Shown piece after piece: positions 50,225-64,000 of a stretch of 64,000 nucleotides of DNA. A model generated the notes under the pieces. It did not search any database, was not told the origin of the DNA, and saw only the letters and a list, made by a program, of their open reading frames with translations. Positions within the stretch are counted from its first letter, which is position 1, and each line of letters starts with the position of its first letter. Made by a program: the position numbers and the translations under genes. Where the stretch lies: positions 3,456,001 through 3,520,000 of the forward strand of contig OZ243913.1 in assembly GCA_965213705.1 (NCBI GenBank). The letters are read 5' to 3'. The stretch is from Trueperaceae bacterium. Its GTDB lineage: Bacteria > Deinococcota > Deinococci > Deinococcales > Trueperaceae.

Positions 50225-51340
50225 TACCGAACTGCTCAGTTAATGTCACAGTTGTTCGACAGCCTGTTTCCACCAGGGGAAGTTGGTGAGTTGCTGTAGG
50301 CGCTCAGGGTTGTGCCAGTAGGACTCGAGCACGTTTGTCAAAGCAGCTTCTAGGGCGTCGAGCGAGTCAAAAAGCCGGTTAGCGAGGATGCGTCTGAACT
50401 CCAAGAACCACCTTTCAGCGGGGTTGAGTTCGGGGCTATAGGGCGGGAAAGCTAAGGGGAGAATGTTGTCAGGTATGACGACAGCTTTCTTGATATGAGC
50501 AGGTGCGTTGTCGCGGGCAAGGCTAATCAAGTCCTCGGGATAGCGCTGGCTCAGGTGCTGAAGAAAAACTTCATAACAGTTCCCGTCTAAGCGGGGCAGG
50601 TACAAACAGAAATCTTCGCCAGTGACGGGTTCTACCGCGGCATAAAGCCAAGTCCACTCATACTTGCGCCTGAGCAGCCAAGCTGGCCTGATGCCCTTGG
50701 GGCAGTAACGACGTTTATGCCAGGTGATGAGTCCAAAGCGTGCCTCGTCCATAGCGAATACCCGCACTCTCTGGTTCTTTGACTTGACAACGGCCTTGGA
50801 CGTTTCTTTCAAACATTCAGCGAAGTTTTTTTAAAGTCTGCTTGAGCCTCTTCATTGGCCTTTTCATGACGATAGCGGCCGGTCTTGGCTTTGATGTGGT
50901 GTCGTTTGAAAAGACGCAAGACACCTGTCTCGTCTTTGTAGTGGATCCCATGCTCAGCCAGCAGTTCTTGAGCCTGCTTATAGCTTGCAATCTCACCCGC
51001 TTCGAGTGCCTGCTGCAAAGCTTGCCATGCCTCGGTGTTGTCCCATTCCCGACGGCCGCGTTCGGAAACATTGTTCTCCAGCAGTTCACCCAGTCCGCCT
51101 GAGCGGTAAGTGGTAAGCCAGCGATGGCACTGCCTAAAGCTGTAGTTCAGCTCTTTAGCAGCCGCGCCGAGACTTCTGCAACGTCCGCTCTTTAGCAGTC
51201 GCAACATCTTTACCCGCTGAGTAAGATGGCTGTAGCGGTGTTTTTTCTCCAGTCCCAGCAGTTCCTCTTCACTTTCTTGAATCAGCTCTTGATAGGTCGG
51301 TCGCATAACTATAGTATGACACGAAATGGGCAGTTTGGTA
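50225..51340 (-). mobile_element. IS630-family element, two ORFs (50809..51306 and 50246..50812) joined by a -1 frameshift
   Basis: Imperfect inverted repeats TACCGAACTGCTCA / TGGGCAGTTTGGTA with TTA on both flanks; slippery TTTAAAAAAAC near 50825-50835; motifs DEARFG, DNAPAH, PPYSPELNPAE. Confidence 0.92.
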
Positions 51341-51658
51341 TTAGAGCACCCCTAAATCACAAGTACCGCCTGTGGCTGCCGGGTTCCGGCAAAGTGCCAA
51401 GAAGACTGCCGGTTCAAAGATGTCGTCGCAGTTTCAAAAGGGCTAGACATCCTTGTGTGGCCTCGTTTGGACTACCCGGCCCAAAGAATTACCTTCCCAA
51501 GAACGGGGGCAAGGCCGAAAGCGTTTTTGTCTCAACGAGTCGAGGAAAAGCTGAACGAGGAAAAGCGAGGGTTCAGTCGGGTAAACGACGCGTTTCTGTC
51601 AGGTTCGTGCCTGTCAGCACCGAAACCTGCCAGTACCGAAAAGGGCAAAGGCTGACGA

Positions 51659-52033
51659 CTAACTGTTTTTGCTTTGCAGGTAACGCAGGGCGATGGCGTA
51701 AGCCGCGTAGTCGTCTATGGGGCGGGGCGGCGACCACAGACCTCTGGGGAGCAACCGGGTCAAACCCCGGGGCGGATGGTCGCGAAAGTAAAGTCCCCTC
51801 GCCTCGAGCGTCGTGCCTTCTTCGTTGACGACGACAACTTCCAGCTCGAGCTTCGCCAGCACGTCCTGGACAGCCCGGCTACCGGTGCCGTCACCCACCA
51901 CGAGGGTCGCGTCCGGGGGGTACTCGAGCCTTTTGAGCGCGCCCAAATCCAGAATCTCACGGCGCAACAACCGGCCGTCCTCGCCGACGTGCGCGACACC
52001 GATGTTGCGGCCGGGGTCGAAGGCGATAATCAC
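51659..52033 (-). CDS. YqgF/RuvX-like RNase H-fold protein
   Basis: IIAFDPGR..GVA, VVGDGTGS, VNEEGTTLEAR..Y, PIDDYAA. Confidence 0.75.
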   Translation of the reverse strand: MIIAFDPGRNIGVAHVGEDGRLLRREILDLGALKRLEYPPDATLVVGDGTGSRAVQDVLAKLELEVVVVNEEGTTLEARGLYFRDHPPRGLTRLLPRGLWSPPRPIDDYAAYAIALRYLQSKNS

Positions 52034-52059
52034 CCTTACAGAGTAACGAATTGCAGGAC

Positions 52060-52089
52060 AAAAAGGGCGGCCCGCGGGCCGCCCTTTTT
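52060..52089. terminator. rpoC terminator (symmetric)
   Basis: AAAAAGGGCGGCCC-GC-GGGCCGCCCTTTTT. Confidence 0.8.
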
Positions 52090-52103
52090 GTTGAGAAGCG
52101 AGT

Positions 52104-56681
<4,578 letters not shown>

Positions 56682-56730
56682 GCGGTGTCCCTTCGCGAAG
56701 GTTCAAAAACGCGTTCTGCGCTGAATGTCA

Positions 56731-60108
<3,378 letters not shown>

Positions 60109-60477
60109 TTTCACCCCTTTGCAGAACCTGCGTCGCACCGCGCAAACAAACGCCACGAGGCTCAAGCGCCTCCTGGACCCGTTTCACGCAGTCTAATTTG
60201 AAACCTTTAAAAAATACTTCAACCGTGTCCTAGCTGCCGTCCGGCTTGGCTAAATCCGCCTGGATAACTTCGACATGGATGGTAAGAAATGAAGCTTGCG
60301 AGTTGCCGCCGTTTCCTTTGCAACTCCCTCCCTTTTGTCGACTGCCTCAGTCAACAACCAGACAGTGTACGCTGCCGCAAAGTGAGCGGGCGTAAGCCAG
60401 ACTACGCGATTTTAAAATAGTTAAGTTGGGGGGCAGAGGCGTTCTTACACGCCTCTACCCTGCACCCCAGGTCGGCC

Positions 60478-60861
60478 CTACTTGACTTCGACGGTTGCGC
60501 CCGCAGCTTGCAGTTTGCCCTGAATTTCAGTAGCTTCGTCTTTGCTGATGCCTTCGCGCACCACGCCGCCCGCTTCGACCAAGTCTTTGGCCTCTTTCAG
60601 ACCCAAGCTGGTAATCGCGCGGACCTCTTTGATGACTTGCAACTTCGACGCGCCCGCTTCTTTGATGCTGACCGTAAACTCGGTCTGCTCTTCGGCCGGG
60701 GCCGCTTCAGCGCCGCCTGCTGCCGCCATCATCATACCGGCGGGCATCGCCGCAGCCGCTTCGACGCCCCACTTTTCTTTTAACCCTTCGACCAAGTCGA
60801 CGAGTTCCAACACGGTCAAGCCCGAAAGTTGTTCCATCACTGCTTCTTTGTCAAACGCCAT
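60478..60861 (-). CDS. rplL: 50S ribosomal protein L7/L12
   Basis: [26 protein letters not shown]. Confidence 0.97.
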   Translation of the reverse strand: MAFDKEAVMEQLSGLTVLELVDLVEGLKEKWGVEAAAAMPAGMMMAAAGGAEAAPAEEQTEFTVSIKEAGASKLQVIKEVRAITSLGLKEAKDLVEAGGVVREGISKDEATEIQGKLQAAGATVEVK

Positions 60862-61391
60862 CAGCTTTCCTCCTTGAGTTTATCCGAGTAGTTTTGAAGT
60901 ACACCAACCAAGTTTCGTGGTGGGCCTTGTAACACGCCGACCAACTGCTGCAAAGGGGCCAGCAGAACGCCGACCAACTCGCTTTGGAGCTGTTGCCGAG
61001 AGGGTAGCTTGGCAATTTTTGCCAGCGACTCGGGCGTTACCCTTTTGCCTTGCAACCGTCCGCCCTTGGAGACGGGTAAGTCTTTGGCGTGCTTTTGCGC
61101 GTAGTCGGTCAGCGCTTTAGCGGGTTCGACCGGGTCTTCGCCGATAAGCACCAGCGCCGTCGGCCCGGTGAGGGTGTCCGCAAAATCCTCGACGCCTTGT
61201 TCTTTGAGAACGACGTTGATGAGGGTGTTTTTGGCGACCAAAATACGCCCGCCGGCCTCGCGCACCTTAGCGCGTAGGCTGTTGAACTCGCCTGCGGAAA
61301 GGCCCTGGTAATCGACCAAGTAAAACGTCTGCGCGTCGCCGAGCAGGGTTCTCATCTGCTCGACAGCCGCTTGATTTCTTGGATTAGCCAT
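60861..61391 (-). CDS. rplJ: 50S ribosomal protein L10
   Basis: VDYQGL, VAKNTL, LTGPTA, LPSR. Confidence 0.96.
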   Translation of the reverse strand: MANPRNQAAVEQMRTLLGDAQTFYLVDYQGLSAGEFNSLRAKVREAGGRILVAKNTLINVVLKEQGVEDFADTLTGPTALVLIGEDPVEPAKALTDYAQKHAKDLPVSKGGRLQGKRVTPESLAKIAKLPSRQQLQSELVGVLLAPLQQLVGVLQGPPRNLVGVLQNYSDKLKEES

Positions 61392-61499
61392 GCCTACCTT
61401 TCTCGTTTATGATCCTGGCCCCTGAACGCAGCGGGCCGTTTCTTATTGAAGTCCACCAAGGACTCCATTTCAATGTGGGGTTCGTCAACCGCGAAACGC

Positions 61500-61570
61500 A
61501 GCTAAAAGGGTCAACCCCTTTTACGCCTCGGCAGGATCTTTAAGCTGGCTAAGCCCCTGCTGTCTCCAAC
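61500..61570 (-). promoter_or_regulatory. L10 leader (L10-L12 autoregulatory RNA) core
   Basis: GAGACAGCAGG...CTTAAAGAT CCTGCCGAGG matches the AGAC.GCAGG / CCUGC.GAGG core, upstream of rplJ. Confidence 0.75.
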
Positions 61571-61668
61571 GCCAAAAGGTGCTACGCACCGGGGTGCTGA
61601 AAAGTATCTTGCCAACGCTCGAGAGTCAAACTGTAAAACCGCGTCCGCAAAAGTGTCGTTTACAAAAC

Positions 61669-62364
61669 CTACAAACCGACGCGTACGCTCGGTCCCATTG
61701 TCGAGGTCAGGTAGAGGGTACGAAAATACAAGCCCCTCGAAGTGTCGGGTTTGGCCGCCTCGACCGCGCTTTTGAGCGCACGCAAGTTCTCCGCCAACTG
61801 CTCGCTGGCAAAGCTCGCCTTGCCGATGGGCGCATGGACCACGCCGGTTTTGTCGGCGCGAAACTCGATGCGGCCCGCCTTGAGCGCCGTCACTATTTCG
61901 GCGATGTTCGGTCCGACCGTACCCGCTTTGGGGTTGGGCAACATGCCGCGTGGACCCAAAACCCGGCCCAGCTTGCCGCCCACTTGCGCCATCATGTCAG
62001 GTGTGGCGACGACGGCGTCAAAGTCCGTCCAGCCTTCCAGTATGCGCGCGATAATGTCTTCACCGCCGACAAAGTCGGCTCCGGCTTCTTGGGCGGCGGC
62101 GACATTGTCGCCTTGGGTGACGGCGACGACGCGGACCGTTCTGCCGGTGCCGTGGGGCAACGCGACCGTACCGCGTACGGTCTGGTCGGACTTTCTGGGG
62201 TCGACCCCGAGCCGAAAATGCGCTTCGACGGTTTCGTCGAACTTGGCCGTCGCCAGCTCTTTGACGAGGACGGTCGCTTCTTCGGCAGAGTAGATTTTAC
62301 CCGGCTCGAGCTTCTCTTTCAGGTTGCGGTAACGCTTGCCGTGGTTGGCTGCCAAGTTAGACAT
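61669..62364 (-). CDS. rplA: 50S ribosomal protein L1
   Basis: [30 protein letters not shown]. Confidence 0.98.
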   Translation of the reverse strand: MSNLAANHGKRYRNLKEKLEPGKIYSAEEATVLVKELATAKFDETVEAHFRLGVDPRKSDQTVRGTVALPHGTGRTVRVVAVTQGDNVAAAQEAGADFVGGEDIIARILEGWTDFDAVVATPDMMAQVGGKLGRVLGPRGMLPNPKAGTVGPNIAEIVTALKAGRIEFRADKTGVVHAPIGKASFASEQLAENLRALKSAVEAAKPDTSRGLYFRTLYLTSTMGPSVRVGL

Positions 62365-62797
62365 CGCTGGGTCTCCCCTCGACGACGACGCCCATAGAAC
62401 GGGCGGTGCCGGCGATGATTTTGGCCGCCGCGATTTCGTCGTTGGCGTTGATGTCGGCCATTTTTTGACGACCCAAATCCAGACACTGGTCCCAGCTCAG
62501 TTTACCGACCTTGTTTTTCTGCGGCTCGCCCGACCCTTTGGGTATACCCGCCGCCTTACGAATAAGGTAGCTCGCGGGCGGCGTCTTGGTAATAAACGTA
62601 AACGAACGGTCGGCAAAGATGGTGAGTTCTACCGGGATAATAGCGTCACCTTGACCCGCCGTTTGAGCGTTGAACGCCTTGACGAACTCCATGATGTTCG
62701 CACCGTACTGGCCCAGCGCCGGACCGACCGGGGGGGCCGGGGTCGCGCTGCCCGCGGGCAGTTGCAACTTGACCATGCCTGCTACTTTTTTCGCCAT
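62357..62797 (-). CDS. rplK: 50S ribosomal protein L11
   Basis: [26 protein letters not shown]. Confidence 0.98.
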   Translation of the reverse strand: MAKKVAGMVKLQLPAGSATPAPPVGPALGQYGANIMEFVKAFNAQTAGQGDAIIPVELTIFADRSFTFITKTPPASYLIRKAAGIPKGSGEPQKNKVGKLSWDQCLDLGRQKMADINANDEIAAAKIIAGTARSMGVVVEGRPSDV

Positions 62798-62898
62798 ACT
62801 GTCTCCTTTCGCTCCCTCTGGCCCTTACGGACCGTGAGGTTCAAGCGCTCCCGGGGCAACACAAGTCCCCGGATCAAAGGCCGGCTTCGAAATCCCGG

Positions 62899-63456
62899 CT
62901 AACTTTTTACGACCTGCGAAAAATCGAGTTCGACGGGCGTTTCCCGACCGAAAATAGACACCAACACCTTTACCTTACCCTTGTCGGCGTCCAGGTCGGA
63001 CACGACGCCGGTAAAGTCCGAAAAGGGGCCGGAGGTAACCTGGACCATGTCGCCCCGGTTGAAAGTGATTTTGACTTTGGGTTTTTCTTTGCTGCCGCTG
63101 ATACCCAAGTTGCTGAGCATCCGCGCCTCTTCTTGCTGTGTCAAGGGCACCGCGTGGGTCGCCGTGCCGACGAAACCGGTCACGCCCGGCGTGTAGCGCA
63201 CCACTTCCCAGGCCTCGTTGGGCTCGTCCGGGTTGTCGCCCAAGTCGGTTTGCACAAAAATGTAGCCGGGAAACGTTTTGCGCTTGATGACCTCTTTCTT
63301 GCCACCGCCCGCGTGTTCGACTGTTTCTTCGGTCGGTACCACAACTTGGTAGATGCGGTCAGCAATCCCCAGCGAGCGCGCCCGGTTCATGATGTTTTCG
63401 CGGACCTTTTCTTCGTGGCCGACGTAGGTGTGAACTGCGTACCATTCGATGCTCAT
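62899..63456 (-). CDS. nusG: Transcription factor NusG
   Basis: [41 protein letters not shown]. Confidence 0.98.
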   Translation of the reverse strand: MSIEWYAVHTYVGHEEKVRENIMNRARSLGIADRIYQVVVPTEETVEHAGGGKKEVIKRKTFPGYIFVQTDLGDNPDEPNEAWEVVRYTPGVTGFVGTATHAVPLTQQEEARMLSNLGISGSKEKPKVKITFNRGDMVQVTSGPFSDFTGVVSDLDADKGKVKVLVSIFGRETPVELDFSQVVKS

Positions 63457-63473
63457 AATGACCTCTTAGACAC

Positions 63474-63653
63474 CTAAAGAATCGCTTTGATGAGGTTGCC
63501 CAAGATAGTGTCGGTGGTAAGTAGAAAAAGCAGCGTCAACACGACGAAGATAAGCGTCGCTTGGGTTGCCTGGATAACCTCGTCCCGGGTCGGCCAAGTG
63601 ACGCGCCGCAACTCGGCTCGAGAATTGCGCAAGTAGGTGAGAACCGAATTCAC
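63474..63653 (-). CDS. secE: Preprotein translocase SecE (59 aa, below the ORF-track cutoff)
   Basis: Hand translation: VNSVLTYLRNSRAELRRVTWPTRDEVIQATQATLIFVVLTLLFLLTTDTILGNLIKAIL; ELRRVTWP motif, between rpmG and nusG. Confidence 0.93.
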   Translation of the reverse strand: MNSVLTYLRNSRAELRRVTWPTRDEVIQATQATLIFVVLTLLFLLTTDTILGNLIKAIL

Positions 63654-63655
63654 CG

Positions 63656-63820
63656 CTACACCTTGACTTCGCGGTGCGGCGTGTGTTTCCGGTCCCAGGG
63701 GCAGTACTTGCTCAGCTCGAGCTTCGCTTGGGTGTTGCGGCGGTTTTTGCGCGTCGTGTAGTTGCGCCGTTTACACTCGGTACACTCGAGCTGTAGTTTA
63801 ATTCTTACGTCACTTGCCAT
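63656..63820 (-). CDS. rpmG: 50S ribosomal protein L33
   Basis: [16 protein letters not shown]...NYTT.KN...KYCP...HT.HRE; GAGGAG RBS. Confidence 0.96.
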   Translation of the reverse strand: MASDVRIKLQLECTECKRRNYTTRKNRRNTQAKLELSKYCPWDRKHTPHREVKV

Positions 63821-64000
63821 AGCCAACTCCTCGTTTACGACCCTTGAGCATAACAAACAAAAGCCGAAATACCTAAACGTAGACTACCAATGCAGCCTAC
63901 GTGCAGCCTGTGTTCGCCGGTCTACTTCGTCACTTTCGTAACCACACCGGCACCCACAGTCCTGCCACCCTCACGAATGGCAAAGCGTAGTCCATCTTCC

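Noticed and set aside
51344..51658. ORFs or RNA between IS630 and the YqgF-like gene
   Set aside because: Predicted peptides lack RBS and motifs; only an imperfect hairpin that may serve as a terminator.
63460..64000. tRNA-Trp near rpmG-secE
   Set aside because: rpmG and secE are 2 bp apart and no cloverleaf or TTCGA arm in a tRNA context was found upstream.

Overview
Bacterial chromosome segment from a Deinococcota (Truepera-like) organism, judged from the 1525-aa RpoC with a Thermus/Deinococcus-type insertion, the short IF2 and the gene order. Right part (27.8-64 kb) is core genome: glmS with an upstream glmS ribozyme, pheST, secDF, rimP-nusA-ylxR-infB, carD, and rpmG-secE-nusG-rplKAJL-rpoBC, plus one IS630. 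Left part (1-27.75 kb) is a Tn7-family transposon inserted about 27 bp downstream of glmS. It has a full tnsABCD plus tnsE-like set and four TnsB-binding repeats; its other end lies outside the window. The cargo is a tightly coupled six-gene defence operon: GmrSD/DUF262 nuclease, SNF2 helicase, a 60-aa protein, a Rad50/RloC-like ATPase-HEPN, type III Mod and Res. Several nucleases are broken (IS5 in the ATPase-HEPN gene, an amber stop in Res, IS-truncated Cap4-like and HNH-associated genes). Best leads: (1) the composite defence operon and its RloC-like module; (2) a signal-peptide ORF ending LQLEGG directly upstream of secDF, a candidate new translocation-monitoring arrest peptide; (3) a glmS ribozyme with about 80 nt of hairpins inserted in its catalytic core; (4) a five-gene glmS-targeting Tn7 in Deinococcota. 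All family assignments come from motif recognition by eye; no searches were run.
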